DNA of 64,000 nt from the IMG/VR virus record IMGVR_UViG_3300014204_000018, positions 1,561 through 65,560 of that record; one strand, given 5' to 3'. Shown here piece by piece: positions 9,374 through 17,993 of the stretch. How positions within the stretch are numbered: position 1 is the stretch's first letter; each line of letters starts with the position of its first letter. This DNA comes from a virus (lineage: Duplodnaviria; Caudoviricetes). Both the position numbers and the translations under genes were made by a program. Under the pieces are notes generated by a model. That model did no database searches, was not told where the DNA came from, and saw only the letters and a list, made by a program, of their open reading frames with translations.

Positions 9374-10750
9374 TTACACTTCAGAAGAATCAGAATCAAT
9401 ATCGTCGTCAACGTCAAGATCGTTTATATCTTCTACTTCCATTGTTCCGCGTTCATCCTCTATTTGCTCAATTTCATCCTCTGTCAAATCAATAAAATTT
9501 CTTAGGAAGAACTTAGGCGGTATCAGTCGATCAGCGCCAATCGCGTTAACATAGGAAGCAATCGCTTCGGTTTTTACTTTGCTTGTATCGGCGCGTTCTT
9601 TTTCACTTGGGGCAAACAGGTCTTCCCATTCAAAGATAAAATCATTTTTTGCCTCTGGAAGTACTCCAAGAGAAATAAGTCTATTGACAAAAGGATAGAG
9701 AATCATAGGAGTAACGTAGTTTTCCCTTCGCTCTGCTATTTTGTTATTCCAATTTGTTTCGTCTTGACTACTTGCAAGTTCTCCCCGTTCAGAACCTAAA
9801 AGAATCCTTTGCGGTATCTCGGTAGCACCAGAAATTAAACTGACAATAACTTTAAAGTGACCTTCTGGACTTGCTACCTGTTGCGCTAAGTTCTCTATTG
9901 TCATTCCTTGCGCCCGAATATACCTTCTCAATCCGTGAATATATTCTTCAATTTCTGTTTCTAAAGCAGATAGTGTTTGTGCCGTTACGTTTGCTTCCTT
10001 GTCAAGCATAAAACCATATCCCGGAAAAGCACCGCGCCAGAACATTTCAGCGCCGCCTCCAGAAATCAGTTCTATATCGTTAAGACGATTGAGAACACAC
10101 TTTAAACGAGGCGTACCGTAAATATCATTTTCTTCTAAGTCCTCTGCTATATGAAGTACTCTTGAATAATGAACGGATAATTGTCGATTAATCTTAGAAC
10201 TCGTTTTAGTAGAAGACACACTTATCTTATATGTTAAAGGAAGTCCGAACCTTTCATTTTTCGTATCTTCTTCATAGGTTTCTATATCAGCATTACTTTC
10301 GGTATAGGGCCGAACATAAAGAAGTTTTCTATTACTACCCATGACCGGCTTTGATAGGTCGCCGCCATCGTCAAATCCCATGAGTAGAACGCCGTAGCTG
10401 CCGATTCCAGACAGTTTATCAATACGGGATAGGTAATGATAGATATTGTACTTTACAACAAAACTATTCCACTCCTTCTCCAGTTCTGTTTCTTCTGCGT
10501 CGTTCTCAACAAGAATTGGAAATTTTCTCCAAGTAGCAGAAACAGGAGCAGAAACAATTCTTTTAGCAATATCTTGACGAGAATACTTCGCGTAGTAGTC
10601 GTCAAACGTCGGCGTCTTTGTATATCCAAGTGCTTCATATAAATCGCGAACCGTTCCAAAGCTTTTACCCATCTTTGCCATTGCTGCCGCCCGTTCAATA
10701 AGAACGCTGGCAAGGTTCCGTAGTTGAAGCATTTCGCTTTTTTCTTCCAT
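9374..10750 (-). CDS. portal protein (DUF1073-like)
   Basis: 458 aa between terminase and MuF; IPQRILLGSERGELASSQD motif. Confidence 0.8.
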   Translation of the reverse strand: MEEKSEMLQLRNLASVLIERAAAMAKMGKSFGTVRDLYEALGYTKTPTFDDYYAKYSRQDIAKRIVSAPVSATWRKFPILVENDAEETELEKEWNSFVVKYNIYHYLSRIDKLSGIGSYGVLLMGFDDGGDLSKPVMGSNRKLLYVRPYTESNADIETYEEDTKNERFGLPLTYKISVSSTKTSSKINRQLSVHYSRVLHIAEDLEENDIYGTPRLKCVLNRLNDIELISGGGAEMFWRGAFPGYGFMLDKEANVTAQTLSALETEIEEYIHGLRRYIRAQGMTIENLAQQVASPEGHFKVIVSLISGATEIPQRILLGSERGELASSQDETNWNNKIAERRENYVTPMILYPFVNRLISLGVLPEAKNDFIFEWEDLFAPSEKERADTSKVKTEAIASYVNAIGADRLIPPKFFLRNFIDLTEDEIEQIEDERGTMEVEDINDLDVDDDIDSDSSEV

Positions 10751-10765
10751 TGCTTTCTCCTATGT

Positions 10766-11566
10766 TTACAATCTTTGATTCTCTTTAAGTTTTCTGGCCC
10801 TGAATAATGACCGTTGATTATCAATAGCAAAGGGCGAAGAACAAATATAATTTGCAAATATTTTTCTACCCATAGCAAATATTCTTAGTTGCTCTAAAGA
10901 TATTTTTCGCTCTTCCTTTGTGCGTCCGTATTTAAAATATTCTTTAAGCATCGCTGGCAGGTAGGTGTAAATGCCGATATGCTTAAATATAAATTTGTTG
11001 CCGTTTATCTCTTGCCTTCCATTACGAAAAAAACCGATTGCTTCTATCGGCTCTCCTTCGCTATTTATATTTCTATTTATAATAACCTTGACAGTATCAA
11101 CATCTGAAAATTCGTCAACGCAAACAGGGCAAAACAAAGTTCCTATTCCTTCCCTTAATAATTTTCTATTAAAGTCAACAGAACTTCTTAAATGAAAAGG
11201 AGAAAGTCCTACCATATCTCCTTGTACGTTTACAATTAAGTTATCGTCATTGTCTAAAAGCCCTAAGTACTTTGCTGCTTCGTAAACCCTTTCTGTTCCG
11301 TTACCTACCTCTTTTGAAATTACAATCCAAGAAGTAACAGGAAAGTAGTCGTCAACAATCCCATATTCAGAAGAACAAATCCGGCAGTACTCCTTAAACA
11401 TCCTAAATGTCCATTGGTCTGAAACAATATAAACACGATCAAAAACACCGGACGCTTTCACTTCTTCATAAGTATGAAGGATAAGCGGTTTTGTTCCGAT
11501 TATTTTCATCGGCTTATTTGGAAGCCTTCTACTATTTAATCTTGTCGGAATAATTGCTACTTTCAT
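10766..11566 (-). CDS. kdsB: CMP-KDO synthetase-like cytidylyltransferase
   Basis: IIPTRLNSRRLPNKP, GTERV, VNVQGD, KHIGIY, LEQLR motifs of KdsB. Confidence 0.8.
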   Translation of the reverse strand: MKVAIIPTRLNSRRLPNKPMKIIGTKPLILHTYEEVKASGVFDRVYIVSDQWTFRMFKEYCRICSSEYGIVDDYFPVTSWIVISKEVGNGTERVYEAAKYLGLLDNDDNLIVNVQGDMVGLSPFHLRSSVDFNRKLLREGIGTLFCPVCVDEFSDVDTVKVIINRNINSEGEPIEAIGFFRNGRQEINGNKFIFKHIGIYTYLPAMLKEYFKYGRTKEERKISLEQLRIFAMGRKIFANYICSSPFAIDNQRSLFRARKLKENQRL

Positions 11567-11599
11567 TTCTTTCTCCTCCTATGGTTAAAGAGTTAATAA

Positions 11600-11689
11600 C
11601 TAACAGCCGCCTTTTTTCCCGCCTATCTTCCTACCTTGCGGTTTCGATGTTCCTCTACCCTTCGGGCCTTTTCCATCTTTGTTTGGCAT
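11600..11689 (-). CDS. 29-aa Gly/Lys-rich micropeptide
   Basis: MPNKDGKGPKGRGTSKPQGRKIGGKKGGC with AGGAGG RBS upstream; absent from ORF track. Confidence 0.5.
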   Translation of the reverse strand: MPNKDGKGPKGRGTSKPQGRKIGGKKGGC

Positions 11690-11703
11690 TATTCTTCCTC
11701 CTT

Positions 11704-13260
11704 TTAATTTTGCGAACCCCAAATTCCTGCCTTCGCCTTTGTTCTAAAAAGCCAATTATAAGCGCCCGAAGCAGCATCCCATTGATCTTTAAATTCTCCT
11801 CTGGGCGCACGTTCATGTTCATCAATAAATTCTTGTGTCCAGGCTGAAGGAAGTAGTTCTACCATACCGTTCTCCACTGCCGACTGATACGGTTCACTTC
11901 TTATTTCTTTGTCGCCGGTAGGTCTATCAGTATGAACAACATGACCGCCTAAATTCCTAACCGTATATTCAGCAGATTCCTTCCCTCCAGACCCAGGTTC
12001 TTGTTCTACTACTATTGGTATATTTAATCCGGGCCATCGTTTACTATCAATATCCGCGCATTGTCGGATTCTTTTTTCTCTTGTAGCAGCAGACCATTGC
12101 CCCTTCTGTACGTCGATTATTCGTACCTTCCCACTTTTCATTAAGAGCATAAGGACGCCAGCACTTCTTTTCCCGCCGTCCTCTGTCGCCGCTTTATCCC
12201 AGTATCTAACTGCTTCTTGAATCATATTACTACCAGGAATATTTATTCCTTCCGTTATAAATTCTTCTACCTTAAAGATACCACCACCGCGCGGCGAAGG
12301 TCTTTGCTGAAGTTGTCCTGCTCTGGAGTACTCCGTCATTCGTGTTTCTAATTTTTTAAGGCGAGAATGGGGGTAGCGCAAACAGTCAAGCGGTTCACCT
12401 TCTTGACTCCTTGGGTCTTGAAAAACCAAAGGAGTTGCCGTCTTTAAAGAAAGTTCTCGCTCCTTCTCAAACCTTGCGGGTAGGATAAGCTTAACTAAAT
12501 TGTCTATCTCCCCATTCTCTGCCTTCTTAATGATATGACCACAAAGGTCGGCGTAATGAGTTCTCTGTGCTATTACTACATAAGAACCATTCTCTTCATC
12601 ATTAAGACGAGTTGACATTGTTTCATCCCACCAAGTAAGTGTTTCACTTCTTATGGCATCTGATTCTGCCATCCTTACATTATGCGGGTCGTCGCAAACT
12701 ATTCTATCGCCACCTTCTCCGGTTCCCATACCTCTTACTGACGTAGCAATACGGTATCCAGTCTTATCATTATCATATCTTGTTTTCTGATTCTGATCAG
12801 AAGTAATTTTAAAGTTATCGCCCCAGCACTTCTGATACCAATCAGATTGAATTATTCTTCTTGACTTTAAAGCATCACGTGTTGAAAGTCCTTGATCATA
12901 AGAAGAATAAATATAACGTAGGTATGCAAGATTCTTTGGCCCCCATTCCCAGGTAGGCCAAAGAACAGAAACAAGTAAACTTTTAGTATGCCGAGGAGGA
13001 ATATTTATTATAAGGTAGTGAATTTGATTTGCTGTTACTGCTTCAAGATGTTCGCATATAGCATCATGGTGCCAGTTCCAGAAAAGTTCTCGCTTTGGTT
13101 CTAATAAAGGCCAACATTGCTTCGCATATATCCGAAGACTTTTTTCTGCCTTTATCGTTTCTATCAATTCAAGGGAAGGAAGTTCATTCCTAAAAAAATC
13201 AAGAAAAGGAAAAGGCATTTTAGTCGTTGACTTTTTGGAGTATGTCTGCAAGTCGATCAA
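11704..13260 (-). CDS. terL: terminase large subunit
   Basis: INIPPRHTKS Walker A, IVCDDPH Walker B, LQQRP, WDKA and DQWDA nuclease motifs. Confidence 0.92.
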   Translation of the reverse strand: MIDLQTYSKKSTTKMPFPFLDFFRNELPSLELIETIKAEKSLRIYAKQCWPLLEPKRELFWNWHHDAICEHLEAVTANQIHYLIINIPPRHTKSLLVSVLWPTWEWGPKNLAYLRYIYSSYDQGLSTRDALKSRRIIQSDWYQKCWGDNFKITSDQNQKTRYDNDKTGYRIATSVRGMGTGEGGDRIVCDDPHNVRMAESDAIRSETLTWWDETMSTRLNDEENGSYVVIAQRTHYADLCGHIIKKAENGEIDNLVKLILPARFEKERELSLKTATPLVFQDPRSQEGEPLDCLRYPHSRLKKLETRMTEYSRAGQLQQRPSPRGGGIFKVEEFITEGINIPGSNMIQEAVRYWDKAATEDGGKRSAGVLMLLMKSGKVRIIDVQKGQWSAATREKRIRQCADIDSKRWPGLNIPIVVEQEPGSGGKESAEYTVRNLGGHVVHTDRPTGDKEIRSEPYQSAVENGMVELLPSAWTQEFIDEHERAPRGEFKDQWDAASGAYNWLFRTKAKAGIWGSQN

Positions 13261-13795
13261 GGTCTTCTACCTCCAGTTTTCTTAAAGCATCTGCCATTGA
13301 CTTTTTCTTTACTTCGATGCCGCCCGTTAAATCAAGCTGTCGTTTATCTGTCATTTGTTCTTCTTCGTGAATAGGATAGTCTGCTTTCTGGCCGTATATT
13401 TCTCTTGCTATTATTTCAAGGTATCTTGAAGCCGCTTGCCAAGATGAATTTGTTTTTTTCTTTACTGTCGTTATTTCTCTTCCTCTTGGCCCCCTTGTTA
13501 TTCTTTTTTCAATTATCGGTTCTCCACCGATTGCTCCCTTCCTGATTACTGATATTGCTTCACGTTCACGGTCTGCCATTAACCGTTTGACCATTATCCT
13601 AAATTGCCAATATCTTCTTTCCTTTTTATCCAGCCCTCTTTTCATCCAGTTAGCATAAGTAAGATAAGAAATACCTGCAAGTTCTACGGCACGAGTAAGA
13701 GGCAATTTATCTTTTATTGCCATAGCAATAATGCTTTTTACTCTTCTGGTCAATTTTGAATTTGTACTATATTTACGTCTTTTAATTTTTCTCAT
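13220..13795 (-). CDS. terminase small subunit-like protein
   Basis: HTH-like N-terminus (AVELAGISYLTYANW), WQAASRYLE motif, directly upstream of terL. Confidence 0.65.
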   Translation of the reverse strand: MRKIKRRKYSTNSKLTRRVKSIIAMAIKDKLPLTRAVELAGISYLTYANWMKRGLDKKERRYWQFRIMVKRLMADREREAISVIRKGAIGGEPIIEKRITRGPRGREITTVKKKTNSSWQAASRYLEIIAREIYGQKADYPIHEEEQMTDKRQLDLTGGIEVKKKSMADALRKLEVEDLDRLADILQKVND

Positions 13796-13826
13796 TTTGG
13801 TTATATCCCTTTTTTCATTTTTTCAT

Positions 13827-13855
13827 ATTATCAAGTACTCTATTTTTTATGTCAA
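13827..13855 (-). promoter_or_regulatory. sigma70-type promoter for the late/packaging operon
   Basis: Minus strand TTGACA-17 bp-GATAAT about 30 bp upstream of the terS start. Confidence 0.65.
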
Positions 13856-14030
13856 GTACTTTTTTATTACTTTATATTTTTTATTCAAATAGTAGTTTTA
13901 TCGACGAAAATTTATTATACCTATAAAATATATTTTTTTAAGTACCTTATTACTTTTTTTATTACTTGGAAGGTACTTTAGAAGGCATTCAGGTAGTAAT
14001 CATGGAAGAGTACCACAATGTATCACTTTT

Positions 14031-14072
14031 AGGTTATTTTTGACTTTTTGTTATACAGTCCATTTTTGACCT
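14031..14072. promoter_or_regulatory. pair of operator-like 6-4-6 inverted repeats (AGGTCA-W4-TGACCT-like)
   Basis: aggtta-tttt-tgactt at 14031 and agtcca-tttt-tgacct at 14057; same motif pair at 30717/30742. Confidence 0.4.
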
Positions 14073-14584
14073 ATTTTGACGTTTTTTAAGGTCTTTTTAT
14101 AAAGTCTTTACTGGTGCGGCTTTAGAAGGGATTTTTTCCTTCTAAAACCTTATGTATAGCGCCTTCGGAATTATCAGGAATTATTCCTATTAATATGACA
14201 TTTTTTTCGTTTTTTTATTGTTTTTTTGCATTTTTTTGATTATATAATAATATCAATAACTTATAAAAAACGATACATTGTGGTATCCCTGCGAACCCGT
14301 ACTGGTGGCGGATTTACAGCTATATATATTCCTGTTAGTTTTATATCTTTTAAAAATTATAACATATCGTTTTTTTATTGCATTTATTACCCTATTTGAT
14401 ATGATGAATCAGTTCTTTTACATTATGAATATGGTTTTTTAAACGGCTGGCGCGTCTTGGGTGCATCCCTGCTATTTGATGGATTTCAAAGGCAAAAGGA
14501 CGTTCTTCCTTATAGATTAAAAAAGGCCGTTATAAAAAAATCACTATTCAATATCTGATTTAGCCCGCAAAGTTTTCTTGCTAT

Positions 14585-14960
14585 CTTTGGCTTGTTCTTC
14601 CTTCCCGTAAGGAAAGCCAAAAATCGTTTGGTACTTCGATCAAACAGTCAAGCTAATTGATTCATGTAAGGAGGTTGAGAACTCATAAGTGACATGCAGC
14701 AAAACTGCGAAGACCTTAACTGAAAAAAGTAAGGCGATAATTGATAGCGATAAAGGGGTTCTTCTGTGAACCAAAGAAAACAAATACTCTATCGAATAAA
14801 GTAAATAGACAGGGCGATCTCCTCCTCCTTAATCAGTTGTTAGGATAAGCGATATAGTAGAACGCATTGCCAATAAGTCGTCGAAGTGCTTATCCTACCT
14901 TTTAAGAGCATAAAGGAATATAATTTATATAAAACTTCCTTTATGCTTTTAAAAGGTAGA
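14585..14960 (+). ncRNA. candidate structured non-coding RNA / hairpin-rich leader
   Basis: No ORF; several stems (gtttg..ttcg..caaac, gcag/ctgc, cctta/taagg, ggttc/gaacc, taggataagc/gcttatccta, long 14895-14959 hairpin); strand assumed. Confidence 0.3.
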
Positions 14961-15107
14961 AATAATAACTGATAGGAGTTCTTCTATGCTTTAAGCGTAT
15001 AAATGTATAAAGAAGAAAGTGAGATTAATATGCAAGAGATTCTAATAGAAAATATAAAAAAAGTTAAAGTCCTTGACGATAATCAAGTGGAAGTAGTAAC
15101 GTTTTAT

Positions 15108-15291
15108 TAAGTTAGTTCCCTTTTAGAAAGTATGAGAGATTAAAAACTTTCATACTTTCAATAAATGGAATTAATTTTTTTAAGTCCATTTTAAGTCAAC
15201 CGTGTTATAATTTTAACAAACAACTAAGCGAGAACGTATGGCGAATTAAACTTGTCTGCTGCCATACGTGATCATATTTTTGAAAAGTTTA
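15108..15291 (+). repeat. 184-bp circularly permuted copy (A-B order) of 15950-16133 (B-A order)
   Basis: Block A 15108-15227 = 16014-16133; block B 15228-15291 = 15950-16013. Confidence 0.85.
15196..15211 (+). promoter_or_regulatory. extended -10 promoter motif TCAAsCGTkwTATAAT (also 16102-16117, 30787-30802, 39663-39678)
   Basis: Shared 16-bp motif ending in TATAAT upstream of four plus-strand gene starts. Confidence 0.55.
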
Positions 15292-15446
15292 AACGATATA
15301 GAAATTCACGAAGGCACAATTTCTGAAATATTTATGAATGATGACGACTTCTCTATTGTATTAGAAAAATAAAACCTTAAACTTTCCTTTGCATTTATAC
15401 GCTTAAAAGATAGAAGAACAATAACCCTAACCAAAGGAGGAAGAAA

Positions 15447-15764
15447 ATGAAAATTATTACCGATCATAAGTGGAAAGCTTTCTGTTCTTGTGATAAAGTT
15501 CCGAAAAAAGTTCTACATGATTATTTTTCGCATGTTAAAGATGATTACGGTTTTTTCAAGTATAAAAAAAACTGGTATCATGTATCTGATTTTATGCGAA
15601 TAGAAAAAAACAGTCCTCTTGCTGGCCTTGGATTTGATGGTTATTCTTCAGATTCATTTTTTTCTGGTGTGTTAATTAAACTTGATCATTATGAAGAAAG
15701 TTATCAAGTAGGAACTTATATCTCTTTCTATCGTATGATCATTATGAAGAAAGTTATCAAGTAG
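15447..15764 (+). CDS. hypothetical early protein
   Basis: AAGGAGG RBS; 3' end affected by a 40-bp duplication. Confidence 0.65.
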   Translation: MKIITDHKWKAFCSCDKVPKKVLHDYFSHVKDDYGFFKYKKNWYHVSDFMRIEKNSPLAGLGFDGYSSDSFFSGVLIKLDHYEESYQVGTYISFYRMIIMKKVIK

Positions 15765-15775
15765 GAACTTATATC
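15683..15775 (+). repeat. 40-bp direct repeat (15683-15722, 15736-15775)
   Basis: tgatcattatgaagaaagttatcaagtaggaacttatatc occurs twice. Confidence 0.9.
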
Positions 15776-15805
15776 GCATAACATAACAGAAAGGAAAAAA
15801 AACTT

Positions 15806-16021
15806 ATGAAAACTTTTAAGGCAATAAAAGAAAAAGAAATTGTCTATCATCTTATGACAATTAATAAGCATAGCCCCGACAATAGAAGGTTCCTTTTCAA
15901 AAGAATTAAAAATCTCAAAAATAAAAGTCTCGTAGCGTATTATCAAGCAGCGAGAACGTATGGCGAATTAAACTTGTCTGCTGCCATACGTGATCATATT
16001 TTTGAAAAGTTTATAAGTTAG
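15806..16021 (+). CDS. hypothetical protein
   Basis: 71 aa ORF with RBS; its 3' end is block B of the permuted repeat. Confidence 0.55.
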   Translation: MKTFKAIKEKEIVYHLMTINKHSPDNRRFLFKRIKNLKNKSLVAYYQAARTYGELNLSAAIRDHIFEKFIS

Positions 16022-16145
16022 TTCCCTTTTAGAAAGTATGAGAGATTAAAAACTTTCATACTTTCAATAAATGGAATTAATTTTTTTAAGTCCATTTTAA
16101 GTCAACCGTGTTATAATTTTAACAAACAACTAAAGGAGGAGAAAA

Positions 16146-16490
16146 ATGTCAATTACATTAGAACAGGCGAAAAATCTTCGGTATGGTCAAATTATTTATT
16201 ATAAGCATCACAAAAATTCCGATGGTTCTTTGCAAAAATGGAAGGTAAACGGAAAAGTCAAAACTTGGAAGAAAGACGAATCAAAAGTCAAGGTTCCTTT
16301 AAAGCATGGACTTAGAAGTTATGGATATGTTACCGAATCAAATCTTGACTGTTTCTTCAGTTTTGAGGATGCTAAATTTGAAGTCACAAATTGTCTTTTC
16401 AATAGAAATAATAATCCTCATTTAATTGGAAAAGTTTATAACAGTCCACCTTCCTATTTAAAATTGAGAGTTTTTTTCGTCTATTCGTAA
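16146..16490 (+). CDS. hypothetical early protein
   Basis: AAGGAGGAG RBS, 114 aa. Confidence 0.7.
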   Translation: MSITLEQAKNLRYGQIIYYKHHKNSDGSLQKWKVNGKVKTWKKDESKVKVPLKHGLRSYGYVTESNLDCFFSFEDAKFEVTNCLFNRNNNPHLIGKVYNSPPSYLKLRVFFVYS

Positions 16491-16495
16491 TATGC

Positions 16496-16577
16496 AATCC
16501 CGTTAAGTCTTGTGCGTGTAGAACGTCCCAGGGACGTTCTACAGTCGGGTTTTTCGGTTGACGGCAAGAGGTCAACC
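16496..16577 (+). ncRNA. circularly permuted pistol ribozyme candidate, copy 1 (predicted cleavage G16544/U16545)
   Basis: CCCG-UUAAG-UCUUGU-GCG-[P3]-GU-CGGG, then hairpin GGUUGAC-gGCAAGAg-GUCAACC. Confidence 0.75.
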
Positions 16578-16603
16578 ATAACAAACAACATAAGGAGGAG
16601 AAA

Positions 16604-16816
16604 ATGAAAGAAGTAATGAAAAGAAAAATTGACTACCGTGACGACATTCTTTGGCGGCTATCGAAAACTTATAAGGAAGATAGCATGACGCATCAGTATG
16701 TCAAAAAAGGACTTATGAAATTGACAGAAAGTGAAATGTCTTCTTTATATGCGATGGTTCTGACTTCTACAACATTAGGAGAAGTGGTCATAAAAGAAAA
16801 GGCAAGGAAGAAATAA
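16604..16816 (+). CDS. hypothetical protein
   Basis: RBS within the repeat element, 70 aa. Confidence 0.7.
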   Translation: MKEVMKRKIDYRDDILWRLSKTYKEDSMTHQYVKKGLMKLTESEMSSLYAMVLTSTTLGEVVIKEKARKK

Positions 16817-16886
16817 ATCCCTTTAGGTCTTGTGCGGGGGCGCGAAAGCGCCCTGTAGGGAGTTCAGTCAAGAGCAAGAACTTGAC
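16814..16886 (+). ncRNA. permuted pistol ribozyme candidate, copy 2 (G16855/U16856)
   Basis: UAAAU-CCCU-UUAGG-UCUUGU-GCG-GGGGCGCgaaaGCGCCCU-GU-AGGG...GUCAAG-aGCAAGAa-CUUGAC. Confidence 0.75.
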
Positions 16887-16918
16887 AAAACTAAACAACT
16901 TAACAAAAGGAGGAGAAA

Positions 16919-17134
16919 ATGAAAAAGATTGTTATTACTCTTGGTAGAAATGGTTCTGTGAAAGCAGAAGCAGTTGGCTTTGTCGGCCCTGCCTGTCAAG
17001 ATGCAACTAAATTTCTTGATGGTATTTTCAAGGGAAAGAAGGAAGACCTTCTTAAACCTGAATACTATGAAGAAAATAAAAGTACATCTTTTGAAATTGA
17101 CGGCTTGCCGGGCGGAGGGAGGTTCTGTGGATAA
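16919..17134 (+). CDS. DUF2997-like protein
   Basis: GSVKAEAVGFVGPACQDATKFL...LKPEYY pattern; linked to DUF1257 and AAA genes. Confidence 0.7.
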   Translation: MKKIVITLGRNGSVKAEAVGFVGPACQDATKFLDGIFKGKKEDLLKPEYYEENKSTSFEIDGLPGGGRFCG

Positions 17135-17333
17135 ACTAATCTTTGGCAGAACATGGGAAGAGATACAAACAATGCAGCAAAAAAAGTATAAACCAAAAAT
17201 AATTGACACAAAAAAAGAAGGTGATTACGGCTGCGACCCACTTGGAAACGGAAAATTTAAAATGGTTCCAAGTGGAGACATTGTATCTCTTGAAGAAATG
17301 AAAAAAAGATTAAACAAAGGAGAACAAAAATGA
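17127..17333 (+). CDS. hypothetical protein (GTG start)
   Basis: MDKLIFGRTWEEIQ...; GGAGGG RBS. Confidence 0.55.
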   Translation: MDKLIFGRTWEEIQTMQQKKYKPKIIDTKKEGDYGCDPLGNGKFKMVPSGDIVSLEEMKKRLNKGEQK

Positions 17334-17695
17334 GTCACGTTTCTACCTATGAGGCAAGAATCAGTTACCTTGAACTTTTTAAACAAGCGGCAATTTCTAA
17401 GGGATATACTACCAAAGAAAAAACAACAGTAAATCTTTTTGGTAGAAATAACGTTGAAGCAGAACTGGCAATTCAGTTGCCCGGCTGGCGTTATGATGTT
17501 GCCGTGACCAAAGAAGGTGAAATTAAATATGACTTTTTTGGTTCTCAAAAAGGCGAAGGTATTTTTGAGCAACTCGGAGAACTAATTCAGGATTATAACT
17601 ACTTCGAGTTGATGGATAAGACACCTTGGGAATATCAAAAAAATGAATATACTGAGAAGAACGGCGACAAGGTAATTGAGATATTTCTTGATTGA
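17330..17695 (+). CDS. DUF1257 (Ycf35-like) protein
   Basis: MSHVSTYEARI N-terminus typical of DUF1257. Confidence 0.7.
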   Translation: MSHVSTYEARISYLELFKQAAISKGYTTKEKTTVNLFGRNNVEAELAIQLPGWRYDVAVTKEGEIKYDFFGSQKGEGIFEQLGELIQDYNYFELMDKTPWEYQKNEYTEKNGDKVIEIFLD

Positions 17696-17892
17696 ATAAC
17701 AAACAGAAAGGAAAAAAGATGCCAAGAGCAATTATCATTTCAAAAAAAGGGTCGGACGAAGAAATTAGAACTACGTTTGATATTAACTGGTACAAAGAAA
17801 AATCAATTCCTATTCGTTATAATGAATATGCCGATCATGTAGAAATTCGGCATCAAGAAAAAGAAAAAATGATTTATGAACTTTTCAAATAA
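17692..17892 (+). CDS. hypothetical protein
   Basis: ORF between DUF1257 gene and repeat copy 3. Confidence 0.5.
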   Translation: MNNKQKGKKMPRAIIISKKGSDEEIRTTFDINWYKEKSIPIRYNEYADHVEIRHQEKEKMIYELFK

Positions 17893-17962
17893 ATCCCTTT
17901 AAGTCTTGTGCGGGGGCGCGAAAGCGCCCCGTAGGGAGTTCCGCTTGAAGCAAGAATCAAGC
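17890..17962 (+). ncRNA. permuted pistol ribozyme candidate, copy 3 (G17931/U17932)
   Basis: UAAAU-CCCU-UUAAG-UCUUGU-GCG-GGGGCGCgaaaGCGCCCC-GU-AGGG...GCUUGA-aGCAAGAa-UCAAGC. Confidence 0.8.
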
Positions 17963-17993
17963 AAAACTAAACAACTTAACCAAAGGAGGAGAA

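Larger units (their letters stand above)
15030..15372 (+). pseudogene. about 53-aa ORF apparently interrupted by the 184-bp insertion
   Basis: MQEILIENIKKVKVLDDNQVEVVTF before and LNDIEIHEGTISEIFMNDDDFSIVLEK* after the insert. Confidence 0.45.

Noticed and set aside
9374-10750. Anti-CBASS Acb1 annotation often attached to DUF1073
   Set aside because: Size and position between terminase and MuF indicate a portal protein
14400-14560. Open frame YDESVLLHYEYGFLNGW...
   Set aside because: Preceded by an in-frame stop with no start or RBS; at most a remnant
16040-16120. A seventh, canonical-order pistol in block A (AAUGGA ... UUAAG-UCCAUU)
   Set aside because: No GCG, P3 or GU site follows; better explained as a simple hairpin before a promoter
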